Origin: an uncultured Pseudomonadota bacterium
Lineage (GTDB): Bacteria; Oederibacteriota; Muellerivitia; Muellerivitales; Muellerivitaceae
Direction of reading: 5' to 3'
DNA length: 64,000 nt
Assembly (NCBI GenBank): GCA_963836235.1
Contig: CAWIIP010000002.1
Location: forward strand, 32,001 to 96,000
Within the stretch, counting starts at the first letter, position 1. Every line of letters begins with the position of its first letter. Below are positions 17,083 to 26,209 of this stretch, one piece after another. The notes under the pieces are model-generated. The model had not been told where the DNA came from and searched no databases. It was given only the letters and a program-made list of their open reading frames with translations. The position numbers and the translations under genes are program-made.

Positions 17083-18315
17083 TCAAGCCGGAACCAAATG
17101 CGTCGCCTCGAAAGCGGCTAGGTTGGGTTGGATGATATTCAATGCTTTCAAGTGATCCGTCACCGCCTCCTGGGTTTTCAACCCCGTCCCAGTGATATAG
17201 GCCACCGTAACCGCGTCCGGGTTCAAAGCGCCAGCCTCGGTCAGTTTTTTCAGACAGCCGATAGTAACTCCCCCTGCCGTTTCGGCGAATATTCCTTCGG
17301 TACGAGCCAAGAGTTTTATCCCTTCCACAATTTCCTCATCCGTCACCATTTCGGCTCCGCCGTTGGACTCCGCGATGGTTCTTAAAGCGTAGAACCCATC
17401 CGCCGGATTGCCGATGGCCAGGGATTTGGCGATAGTATTGGGCTTGACAGGTCGGAAAGTATCGGTCTTGGCTTTGTAGGCCGTCGTCACCGGCGAACAA
17501 CCCGTGGCTTGCGCCCCGAAAACCCTCATGTCTTTCTTCTCAATCAAGCCGACCTTGATGAACTCCTGCGTGCCTTTCCAAATCTTAGTCAACAGAGACC
17601 CCGAAGCCACCGGAACCACCACTTGGTCGGGCGCTTTCCATCCTAATTGCTCCGCCACCTCAAAAGCCAAGGTCTTGGATCCTTCGGCATAATAGGGTCG
17701 CATATTGATATTCACGAAGGCCCATTTGTATTTCCCGGCAATTTCGCTGCAAAGCCGGTTAACGTCGTCATAATTGCCGTTCACCCCGATTAAGTTCGGA
17801 TCATAAATAAGGGAAGCCGTGACCTTGCTGGATTCAAGATTTGAAGGAATGAAAACAAACCGTTTCATGCGGCCCCTGGCACCATAGGCCGAAACCGCGT
17901 TGGCCAGGTTGCCCGTGGAGGCGCAGGCTAATGTGTCAAAGCCCAGTTCCAAAGCTCTGGTAGAAGCAACGGCCACAACTCGGTCTTTGAAGGAATGGGT
18001 GGGATTGGCACAATCGTTTTTGATATAAAGATTGGAAAGTCCCAGCTCTTCGCCCAGTCGTTCAGCGCGAATAAGAGGGGTATAACCTTCCTCCAGGGTG
18101 TTATAACGATCCCCTTCGATCGGCAGAAACTCCCTGTAACGCCAAATGTTCAAGGCCCGTGAGGCGATCTTTTCCCGGGAAACATCCTTTTTAATTTTGT
18201 CGTAATCGTAAGCCGCTTCCAAGGGTCCGAAGCAAAACTCACAGACGTATTTGGCCACCTTTTCATACTCTTGGCCACACTCACGGCATTTCAGCGCTTT
18301 CACATAACTCATCAT
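17083..18315 (-). CDS. threonine synthase-like PLP enzyme (second paralog, SAM-riboswitch controlled; probable O-phosphohomoserine sulfhydrylase)
   Basis: N-terminal CxxC..CxxC, NPTHSFKDR, CASTGNLA, EGSKT, ETAGG; a separate thrC sits in the hom operon. Confidence 0.85.
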   Translation of the reverse strand: MMSYVKALKCRECGQEYEKVAKYVCEFCFGPLEAAYDYDKIKKDVSREKIASRALNIWRYREFLPIEGDRYNTLEEGYTPLIRAERLGEELGLSNLYIKNDCANPTHSFKDRVVAVASTRALELGFDTLACASTGNLANAVSAYGARGRMKRFVFIPSNLESSKVTASLIYDPNLIGVNGNYDDVNRLCSEIAGKYKWAFVNINMRPYYAEGSKTLAFEVAEQLGWKAPDQVVVPVASGSLLTKIWKGTQEFIKVGLIEKKDMRVFGAQATGCSPVTTAYKAKTDTFRPVKPNTIAKSLAIGNPADGFYALRTIAESNGGAEMVTDEEIVEGIKLLARTEGIFAETAGGVTIGCLKKLTEAGALNPDAVTVAYITGTGLKTQEAVTDHLKALNIIQPNLAAFEATHLVPA

Positions 18316-18350
18316 TTTCTCCTGGCTGCTCCCGAAAGGGCCTTCAAAAC

Positions 18351-18382
18351 AAAAAGGCCTCCATCTCGAGATGGAAGCCTTT
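18351..18382 (-). terminator. intrinsic terminator, expression platform of the SAM riboswitch
   Basis: Minus strand AAAGGCTTCCATCTCGAGATGGAGGCCTTTTT; its CCATCTC can alternatively pair with GAGATGG overlapping the aptamer P1 3' strand. Confidence 0.85.
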
Positions 18383-18400
18383 GGTCATTGGGTTTTCCAT

Positions 18401-18521
18401 CTCTCATCTCACCCCGGTTTTTTTGATTCAACCGAAGCAGGAATTGGCACCTAACAGTTCCTTACGGAACCTGGTTGCCGTGGCATCGCAGGGCCTGTCC
18501 CTCCGCCACTCTGGATAAGAG
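18401..18521 (-). ncRNA. SAM-I riboswitch (S-box)
   Basis: Minus strand CTCTTATCCAGAGTGGCGGAGGGACAGGCCCTGCGATGCCACGGCAACC...GGTGCCAATTCCTGC...GATGAGAG matches the SAM-I consensus. Confidence 0.95.
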
Positions 18522-18538
18522 CGTTAAATTGTTCTGTG

Positions 18539-18568
18539 ATGTTACTAACAGCCGGCGTTCCATGTCAA
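18539..18568 (-). promoter_or_regulatory. sigma70-type promoter for the SAM riboswitch leader
   Basis: TTGACA-18 nt-TAACAT. Confidence 0.6.
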
Positions 18569-18574
18569 GCCGCT

Positions 18575-19054
18575 TTAGTCCGCCGCCACCTCGATCTTGA
18601 GTATCTGGTACTGCAAAAGTCCCGCGGGAATTTGGATGTCCACTTTGTCTCCTATCTTTTTACCCATCATTCCCCTGGCGATGGGCGTCCCTAGGGATAT
18701 CTTGTTCTGCGCGAAGTTGGCTTCTTCTTCCCCAACAATCCGGTAAATTTCTTCCTGTTTGGTCTTCAGGTCTTTGACCGTCACCACGCAACCAATGGAA
18801 ACATGCTCCCCGGTGATGTTTTCATCCTCCAATATGCGGGCCCGGGCCAGCTTGTCCTCCAACTCACGGATGCGGGCTTCCAATAAGGCTTGTTCTTGTT
18901 TGGCCGCGTCATATTCTGCGTTTTCCTTCAAATCGCCATGGGCACGAGCCTCTTCCAGCGCCTTGGCCACCTGGGGCCGCCGAACCACCTTTAATTTATT
19001 GAGCTCGTCCTGGAGTTTATCCCGGGTTGCCCTTGAGACTAGGAAGTCCGACAT
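18575..19054 (-). CDS. greA: transcription elongation factor GreA
   Basis: ARAHGDLKENAEYDAAK, ISLGTPIARG; start placed at MSDFLV. Confidence 0.95.
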   Translation of the reverse strand: MSDFLVSRATRDKLQDELNKLKVVRRPQVAKALEEARAHGDLKENAEYDAAKQEQALLEARIRELEDKLARARILEDENITGEHVSIGCVVTVKDLKTKQEEIYRIVGEEEANFAQNKISLGTPIARGMMGKKIGDKVDIQIPAGLLQYQILKIEVAAD

Positions 19055-19076
19055 ATTCTTCTCCTCAACTAAAATA

Positions 19077-19535
19077 TTACTTACCGTTCTTCTGACACTT
19101 TTGACACAGCCCATAGAGCTGCATACGATGGGATGTGATCTTAAACCCATGTTTCCGGCTGACTTGTTCCTGAAGCTCCTCAATTTGCGGGTTCAAAAAC
19201 TCAATGTAAGCTCCGCACTGGTTGCAAATCATATGGTCATGATGTTGGTGGTTATATTCAGGTTCATATTTGATTCTTCCGTCCCCGAAATCTAGTTCAC
19301 GGGCCAAACCGCACCGGGTCATATGTTTTAAAGTGCGGTAAACCGTGGCAAAACCCACGTGGGATTGTTTTTCACGGGCCTTTCCGAATAACTCCTCAGC
19401 TGAAATATGGCCCCGATGGTTCAAAAAGACCTCTAAAATCAACTCCCGCTGGGCCGTCAGCTTCAGGTCCTTTTCTTTGAGGTATAGCCTAAAAACTTCA
19501 TACTCATCCCTTTTTGTTTTTAAAACACCCTTCAT
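19077..19535 (-). CDS. fur: Fur family transcriptional regulator
   Basis: LTAQRELIL, HISAEEL, ATVYRTL, HHDHMICNQCG, GLCQKC. Confidence 0.92.
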   Translation of the reverse strand: MKGVLKTKRDEYEVFRLYLKEKDLKLTAQRELILEVFLNHRGHISAEELFGKAREKQSHVGFATVYRTLKHMTRCGLARELDFGDGRIKYEPEYNHQHHDHMICNQCGAYIEFLNPQIEELQEQVSRKHGFKITSHRMQLYGLCQKCQKNGK

Positions 19536-19587
19536 AAAAATATCCTTAATTCATTAGCCCACGGGGAAATAAAGTTGTATTGGAAAC

Positions 19588-20022
19588 TCAGTTAAGCATG
19601 ACCGGCATTAAAACATTAGAACGGACGACATGTTGAAAAGCTCCGGCAATATTGTCGGTGACATCGTTTAAGGTTTGCAAGTAATCTTCTTCCACTTCCC
19701 TGCTCTCAATCAAAAAAGAGGTTTTCAAAAGAACGGACAATTGCCCTTTAATCACTTTGGACACTCGAAGCATTTCATTGCGAAAATAGTCTGGATGATC
19801 CTTCCGAAGTCTTTTAAGTATCCTTGGCCGCGTGTATTTTTTTTGGCCAACCGCTATCGAGGCGATCATCTGGGCCAGGTGATTTTCAAGCATAGGCCTG
19901 TCCACATGTTGCCCATGGACTAGGCGTTCAATAATTACTTCAAGGTAAGAAACGTGGGAAAAAAGTTCCCGGTAAAGCTCGAGGAAACTTTCCCGCACAT
20001 CCGAGTCTTGTGATTGACCCAT
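19588..20022 (-). CDS. hypothetical helical protein
   Basis: 144 aa ORF with GGGGGA RBS, co-oriented with neighbours. Confidence 0.65.
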   Translation of the reverse strand: MGQSQDSDVRESFLELYRELFSHVSYLEVIIERLVHGQHVDRPMLENHLAQMIASIAVGQKKYTRPRILKRLRKDHPDYFRNEMLRVSKVIKGQLSVLLKTSFLIESREVEEDYLQTLNDVTDNIAGAFQHVVRSNVLMPVMLN

Positions 20023-20108
20023 GGTATCCCCCGACCGGCTGTTTTAAAAATTATACCCTTTTTAACCTTTTAATCAAAGGGTGGTTCATCATTACCCATG
20101 GGGTTTGT

Positions 20109-20639
20109 TTATTCCGCCAAAAGTTTTTCAATAGCGCCGACAAAATCACCTTCCGGATGAACCCCAACAAAGGACAAAGCGATTTTCCCCGACTTGTCGA
20201 TGAAAAACGTCGTGGGAATAGGATTAATGCCATAGGCTTTCAAGGTCTCCATGCTGGCAAGTCCGATAGGGTATTGGATTTGAAAATCAGAAATAAACTT
20301 GAGGAAATACCCATTGGGTTTGCCATCATTGCCCTCGACTGAAAGACCCCACAACTCCAAACCTTTGGAATGATAGGCATCGTACATTTTCACCAATGTG
20401 GGAATCTCCATTCGACAGGGTCCACACCATGTCGCCCAATAGTCCACCACTAATAATTTTCCCTTCATTTGTGCCAAATTCAGACCATTAGGTGCGTTCA
20501 AAAAAGAAGCTTGGATTTCGGTGGCCGGTTCCCGGTTTCCGGGGGAAATCAACTCAACATTGTTCCCGGAGGTCTCATTTGTTCCACAACCAGAAAGGCT
20601 CGCCATCATTAAAAGAATGGGAATAAAAAAAAATTTCAT
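20109..20639 (-). CDS. TlpA-like thiol-disulfide oxidoreductase lipoprotein
   Basis: Lipobox LSGC, YWATWCGPC, IPTTFFID. Confidence 0.92.
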   Translation of the reverse strand: MKFFFIPILLMMASLSGCGTNETSGNNVELISPGNREPATEIQASFLNAPNGLNLAQMKGKLLVVDYWATWCGPCRMEIPTLVKMYDAYHSKGLELWGLSVEGNDGKPNGYFLKFISDFQIQYPIGLASMETLKAYGINPIPTTFFIDKSGKIALSFVGVHPEGDFVGAIEKLLAE

Positions 20640-20686
20640 TTAAGCCTCTCAATCAAAATTTGAGTTATCAAATTTTCATCAACAAA

Positions 20687-21457
20687 TTAGAAAAAGCTGA
20701 TGTATTGAACCCGCAAAATTCGCGAGAATAAATCACTCCGGTTAATATCCCTAAAATCGACGCCTATTCGCAAGGGCGTGTCCACATTGAAGACAACATT
20801 GGCGTTGAATTGCCAATAAGCGCTTAAAAGCTGGTTAAGTTCCAAGTTAAACATCAATGAATGGGCGACCGCAAAGGACGTTCCGAGAAAACCTCCCAAA
20901 TCCTGGCTTGAATCAAAGTTATCAAATTTCACCACGTTCATGCCACCATGGAGCTGAAGCCATCCCAGTTCCTGAAACTCATGGCTCCCGACGACGTAAA
21001 ACCCCTCTTGTGTCCCCGGAAAGAACCGGCCATCTTGTACCGTTCCATAGCCCCGATCGTCCCAGGCAACCGCCAAAGCAAGTGGTGAACTTTTTTGGTC
21101 CAAAATTTTAAACTTTAGGAACAAGCGCGGAGTCTGTATCTGAATGGTTCCCTGTCCAACGACGTTGGTAGCGTTTGCGGAAAAACCGAACATGAAAAAT
21201 TCCTTAAAACCAACATCGGCCCGAACGAACAATCCGCCATTTTCATACAGTTCCGTAACCATGTCATATCCGCCATGCATGAGGATGTAAGCTGTGGGGG
21301 CTTCCACCATTTCATAGTTCGTGGGCGAAGAGGCCACATCCGCCTTGGGCCAAGCACAGGAGAAGCAGAGGAGAAAAAAAGAGGTAAGGAAAAGTTTTAA
21401 AGGTCTGACGAACGGCCTCCATTTTTTCAATTTTACGGCCTGAAACTCCGATGTCAA
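20687..21457 (-). CDS. outer-membrane beta-barrel protein (YjbH-like)
   Basis: Signal peptide, amphipathic beta strands, C-terminal RVQYISFF BAM-type signal; start uncertain. Confidence 0.65.
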   Translation of the reverse strand: MTSEFQAVKLKKWRPFVRPLKLFLTSFFLLCFSCAWPKADVASSPTNYEMVEAPTAYILMHGGYDMVTELYENGGLFVRADVGFKEFFMFGFSANATNVVGQGTIQIQTPRLFLKFKILDQKSSPLALAVAWDDRGYGTVQDGRFFPGTQEGFYVVGSHEFQELGWLQLHGGMNVVKFDNFDSSQDLGGFLGTSFAVAHSLMFNLELNQLLSAYWQFNANVVFNVDTPLRIGVDFRDINRSDLFSRILRVQYISFF

Positions 21458-21469
21458 TCAATCGAATTT

Positions 21470-22273
21470 TCAGTATTTTTCAATGAAAATCTTTTCAACC
21501 TTGGGAATATGGCGCCCCAAAAAACGCTGGGCTTGTTCCTTAAATTTACGAGAAAGGTCACTGACGAAATACTTTCCGCCCCCGTGACCGTTCATTTCGA
21601 CCCCGTGCATCTCAAGGTTGCGGTGGAGGCTGCGAGCCGTTTCTTCCGCCGAATCCACGATCTTAACCTTAGGGCCGGCGACTTTGGAAAGGGTTCGTTT
21701 TAAAAGCGGATAATGAGTACAACCCAATACCAGGGTATCGATCTTCGCTTTTAAAAGAGGACTTAGGTACTCACGGGCTACTGCTTCAGTCAAAGGCCCC
21801 GTTAGCTTTCCTTCCTCGACCAATGGAACAAAAAGTGGACAAGCCTTGGAAAAAACTTTTGCATTGGGCATCAAATGATGAATGGCCTTCAAATATGCTC
21901 CGGAAGCGATGGTTCCCTCGGTTCCAATGACGCCGATGCGCCTATTTCGGGTCACCTCTACCGCTGCGTAAGCTCCCGGCTCGATCACTCCCAGGATGGG
22001 AATGGGAAATTCTTTTCGGACGGTCTCCAAGGCCCAGGCCGAGGAAGTATTGCAGGCCACCACCACGCATTTTACTTTTTGCGCCTTGCGGAAAAAACGA
22101 ATAATCTGGCGGGCATAACGGATGATGGTGTCCGGGCTTTTGGTGCCATAAGGAATACGGGCCGTATCCCCAAAATAAACTAGTTTCTCCCTCGGCAGCT
22201 CTTTTTGGATGGCCTTGACGACAGTCAAGCCGCCCAAACCCGAATCGAAAATGCCGATGGGATAACGCTTCAA
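21470..22273 (-). CDS. murI: glutamate racemase
   Basis: FDSGLGGLTV, ACNTSS, LGCTHYP. Confidence 0.96.
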   Translation of the reverse strand: MKRYPIGIFDSGLGGLTVVKAIQKELPREKLVYFGDTARIPYGTKSPDTIIRYARQIIRFFRKAQKVKCVVVACNTSSAWALETVRKEFPIPILGVIEPGAYAAVEVTRNRRIGVIGTEGTIASGAYLKAIHHLMPNAKVFSKACPLFVPLVEEGKLTGPLTEAVAREYLSPLLKAKIDTLVLGCTHYPLLKRTLSKVAGPKVKIVDSAEETARSLHRNLEMHGVEMNGHGGGKYFVSDLSRKFKEQAQRFLGRHIPKVEKIFIEKY

Positions 22274-23868
22274 CGAGAAGCTCGTTTGGCACTTTTTTCC
22301 CTGCCGCTGTCCTTTAGAAGTTTATAGTCGATAGAATCGACTAACGCTTCCCAAGAAGCTTCAATGATGTTTTCAGAGACACCGACCGTTCCCCAGCTGT
22401 CCTTTTGGTCCCGGCTTTCGATTAAAACCCGCACCTTGGCCGCCGTACCTTCCTTGGCGTCCAGGACACGCACCTTGAAATCGGTCAAATGGACGTCCTG
22501 AAGGCTGGGATAAAACTTAGTGAGCGCTTTCCGTAACGCCTGGTCCAAGGCATTAATGGGGCCATCTCCTTCGCCCACCGTGTTTTCTAAAACGCCGTTG
22601 ACCCTCAATTTAATGGTCGCTTCACTGACCAATTTCCCGTCACCCCGATTTTCCACGATGACACGGAATCCCACGAGATCGAAAAAGTTGCGGTGTTGGC
22701 CGAGGGCCTTTTTCATGAGAATTTCAAAAGAGGCCTTGGCCCCCTCGAATTGGTACCCTTCGTTTTCCATTTGTTTGACTTTATCGACAACCGACTTGGC
22801 CTCATCCTTGTCTTTCAAATGGATATGGCTGTCCCCCGCCTTGTGGAGAACCACCGCGAGCCCCGCCTGGTCGGACATTAGAAGATTCCGGACATTTCCC
22901 ACCAGTTCGGGATTGATATGCTCATAGGACTTGGAGGCCTTTTTAACCGCCGCGATATGAACCCCCGCCTTATGGGCAAAGGCGCTCTTGCTGACATAAG
23001 GGGCATTTTCCCTCGGATGCATATTGCAGATTTCATCCACCAGCCGGGAAGTCTCCGTCAATTTATCCAGATGAATGGGCTTGATGAAACCATAGCCATA
23101 TTTCAATACGAGGTTGGGGATCAGGGATGTCAGGTTAACATTGCCCGTTCGTTCGCCATACCCGTTGACGCAACCCTGGATTTGGGTGGCTCCAGCCGCA
23201 ACCGCGGCCAGGCTATTGGCAACCGCAAGGTCGCTGTCATTGTGGCAATGGATTCCCAATATCGCTTGAGGAAACCGTTGGCTGACACGAGTGACAACCG
23301 CCTCAATGTCCTCGGGAAGTCCTCCCCCATTGGTATCGCAAAGCACCAGGCAATCCGTGCCACCCGCAATGGCCGCTTCCAGGCATTTCAAGGCATACTC
23401 GGGATTGGATTTATAGCCGTCAAAAAAATGCTCAGCGTCGTAAAACATTTCCTTAAATTTGGATTTGAGAAATTTCACCGAGTCATAAATGAGTTCCAGG
23501 TTCTCCTCGCGAGAAATTTTTAAGGTGTGGTCAACATGAAAATCCCAACTTTTCCCAAAAATCGTCACCGTAGAGGTGCCCGCTTTGACTAGATTCAGGA
23601 GCACCGGGTCTTTCGAAGCCTTGTTTTTAGCGCGGCGGGTCATCCCAAAAACCGACAGCTTGGCGTTTTTCAGTTTGAGCTTTTTGGCTTCCTTGAAGAA
23701 AGCGTCATCCTTGGGGTTGGCCCCGGGCCACCCGCCTTCAATATAGTGTAATCCCAGTTCATCCAGTACCTGGGCCAGGCGCAGCTTGTCCTTGACCGAT
23801 AGGTTGATCCCTTGGGTCTGAGAACCTTCCCGCAAGAGGGCGTCATAAAGAACTAACTTTTTATCCAC
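22270..23868 (-). CDS. cimA: citramalate synthase
   Basis: LREGSQ, EGGWPGANPKD, YDAEHFFDGY, HCHND, WGTVGVSENIIEASW. Confidence 0.92.
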   Translation of the reverse strand: MDKKLVLYDALLREGSQTQGINLSVKDKLRLAQVLDELGLHYIEGGWPGANPKDDAFFKEAKKLKLKNAKLSVFGMTRRAKNKASKDPVLLNLVKAGTSTVTIFGKSWDFHVDHTLKISREENLELIYDSVKFLKSKFKEMFYDAEHFFDGYKSNPEYALKCLEAAIAGGTDCLVLCDTNGGGLPEDIEAVVTRVSQRFPQAILGIHCHNDSDLAVANSLAAVAAGATQIQGCVNGYGERTGNVNLTSLIPNLVLKYGYGFIKPIHLDKLTETSRLVDEICNMHPRENAPYVSKSAFAHKAGVHIAAVKKASKSYEHINPELVGNVRNLLMSDQAGLAVVLHKAGDSHIHLKDKDEAKSVVDKVKQMENEGYQFEGAKASFEILMKKALGQHRNFFDLVGFRVIVENRGDGKLVSEATIKLRVNGVLENTVGEGDGPINALDQALRKALTKFYPSLQDVHLTDFKVRVLDAKEGTAAKVRVLIESRDQKDSWGTVGVSENIIEASWEALVDSIDYKLLKDSGREKSAKRASR

Positions 23869-25096
23869 GGACTCCCGCCACTTTCTTTCCTAAGTTAAAT
23901 TTTTGATGAATGGCTGAAACCGCCTTCGCCACATCCTTCTCATTGATGACGACGGATATTCTGATTTCCGATGTGGAAATCATTTGGATATTCACTTCTT
24001 TCTCAGCTAGGGCTTTGAACATTTTTGCCGCAACACCGGAATGAGACCGCATTCCCACACCCACCACCGACACCTTGGCGATATGCTCGTCGGAAATAAT
24101 GCCTGCGGGCTTGAGTATCTTCGATGCCTCATTGACCACTTTCATGGTCTTTTTGAGTTCCGACCGCTCCACGGTGAAGGACACGTCCGAATGGCCTTTC
24201 TCTCCAATGTTTTGGATGATCATGTCAACATTGACGCCGGCAGCTCCCAGCTTTGAAAAAAGGATGGAGGCGACTCCGGGCCGATCCGGCACACCTCTCA
24301 CGGTAACTTTAGCCTCGCTCTTATTATAGGTCACCCCGCTGATGACCACCTTTTCCATAGCTTTTGTTTCCTGCATGACGATCGTCCCTTCTTTTTCATT
24401 GAATGTCGGCCTCACATGAATCTTAATGCCGAAGTTTTTCGCGAATTCCACAGACCTGGCATTCAGCACCTGCGCTCCCGCACTGGCCATTTCCAACATC
24501 TCATCATAACTGACCAAAGAAAGCTTCTTGGCGTCCTTCACGATATGGGGATTGGCCGTGAAAACACCATCGACATCTTTATAAAACTCACAGACATCGG
24601 CTTTCAAGGCCGCAGCAATCGCAACTGCCGTCAAATCGCTCCCGCCCCGGCCCAAAGTGGTAATTTCATTGTCTTTGTTCATCCCCTGGAAACCAGCCAC
24701 CACGACGACTTTGCCCTGAGAAAGGGCCTTCCGGATGGTGGTATCGCCCACCTTCACGATGCGCGCCTTGGTATGGGCATTATCCGTCACGATGCCCACC
24801 TGGTGGCCCGTAAAGGAAATGGCATCACATCCGCAAGACTGTATAGCCAGTGCCAAAAGGGCGATGGCTTGTTGTTCCCCCGTGGCCAAAAGAACGTCCA
24901 TTTCTCTTTCATCAGGACTCTCGGTGATCTTGTGAGCCAGGGTAATCAGGTCGTCCGTGGTGTCCCCAGGCGCCGATACGACGACGACTACCTGGTGTCC
25001 GCTTTTCCGGGCTTTGGCAATACGCCGGGCTACTTCCAACATTTTGGAAGCGTCGGCTACCGACGACCCGCCAAATTTTTGGACAATCAATGCCAT
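23861..25096 (-). CDS. lysC: aspartate kinase
   Basis: VQKFGGSSV, TTLGRGGSD, two ACT domains, STSEIRIS. Confidence 0.96.
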   Translation of the reverse strand: MALIVQKFGGSSVADASKMLEVARRIAKARKSGHQVVVVVSAPGDTTDDLITLAHKITESPDEREMDVLLATGEQQAIALLALAIQSCGCDAISFTGHQVGIVTDNAHTKARIVKVGDTTIRKALSQGKVVVVAGFQGMNKDNEITTLGRGGSDLTAVAIAAALKADVCEFYKDVDGVFTANPHIVKDAKKLSLVSYDEMLEMASAGAQVLNARSVEFAKNFGIKIHVRPTFNEKEGTIVMQETKAMEKVVISGVTYNKSEAKVTVRGVPDRPGVASILFSKLGAAGVNVDMIIQNIGEKGHSDVSFTVERSELKKTMKVVNEASKILKPAGIISDEHIAKVSVVGVGMRSHSGVAAKMFKALAEKEVNIQMISTSEIRISVVINEKDVAKAVSAIHQKFNLGKKVAGVRG

Positions 25097-25146
25097 TCTT
25101 CACCTTTATAAATTTTTAATTCACAATCAAAACTAAAATCCTCAAT

Positions 25147-26208
25147 TTACAACTTGAGGGCCCTGAGGATTTCTCCCATATCAGGCTTGATGACCGTGGG
25201 TTTATTGCTTCTCAAAATCGCCGTATCGGGATCTTTTAAGCCGTGGCCCGTCAAGGTACAAACAATTCTTCTTTTGCCGTCGATGAAATACCCTTCTTTG
25301 TTTTTCTTAATGACTCCGGCTAACGAGGCGGCCGAAGCCGGTTCGCAAAAGATACCTTCCATGGCCGCCAACATCTCGTAAGCCAAAAGAATTTCCTCGT
25401 CTGTTACAGCCTCGATCAAACCGCGGGACTCGTTCCGGGCCGCCTCGGCGGCCTTCCAAGAAAAAGGATTCCCAATTTTAATGGCGGTGGCAATGGTATG
25501 GGGATTCTCAATGACCCTCTGTTCGACGATAGGAGCCGACCCCGCCGCCTGGAACCCACACATGCGGGGCAGTTGGGTGGAAAGGCCCTTCAGTTTATAT
25601 TCCTTATACCCTTTCCAGTAAGCGGTGATATTCCCGGCGTTACCCACGGGGATAGCGTGATATTCGGGAGCGTCCCCGATGGTGTCGACAATCTCGAAAG
25701 CCGCTGTTTTTTGACCTTCCAAACGGTAGGGGTTGTTGGAATTGACCATGGTAATGGGATGTTCCTCCGCCAATTCGCGGGTCAATTTCAGGGCCTGGTC
25801 GAAGCTTCCCTCGACCGCCAAAACCTTCGCCCCGTAAATCATGGACTGGGCCAGTTTGCCCAAGGCGATGGAACCGTGGGGCAAGAGAACCGCACAGGAA
25901 ATGCCCGCGTGGGCCGAATAGGCCGCAGCGGCCGCGGAAGTATTTCCGGTGGAAGCGCAAATGACGGCCTTGGCACCCTCCTCGACCGCTTTGGACATGG
26001 CCATGGTCATGCCCCGGTCCTTAAAGGAACCGGTGGGATTAAGGCCCTCGAACTTCAAATAGATATTAAGGCCATTCCCGAGTTTCTTGGAAATGTTTTT
26101 GGCGTGGATGAGCGGGGTGTCGCCCTCTTTCAAGGTGATGACGGGCGTTTTTTCCGTAACCGGCAAATAGGCCCGGTATTCCTCAATAACACCCTTCCAA
26201 TAAGGCAT
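25147..26208 (-). CDS. thrC: threonine synthase
   Basis: NPTGSFKDRG, CASTGNTS, PVGNAGN, EPASAAS, TGHGLKD; in an operon with hom and lysC. Confidence 0.95.
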   Translation of the reverse strand: MPYWKGVIEEYRAYLPVTEKTPVITLKEGDTPLIHAKNISKKLGNGLNIYLKFEGLNPTGSFKDRGMTMAMSKAVEEGAKAVICASTGNTSAAAAAYSAHAGISCAVLLPHGSIALGKLAQSMIYGAKVLAVEGSFDQALKLTRELAEEHPITMVNSNNPYRLEGQKTAAFEIVDTIGDAPEYHAIPVGNAGNITAYWKGYKEYKLKGLSTQLPRMCGFQAAGSAPIVEQRVIENPHTIATAIKIGNPFSWKAAEAARNESRGLIEAVTDEEILLAYEMLAAMEGIFCEPASAASLAGVIKKNKEGYFIDGKRRIVCTLTGHGLKDPDTAILRSNKPTVIKPDMGEILRALKL

Positions 26209-26209
26209 A

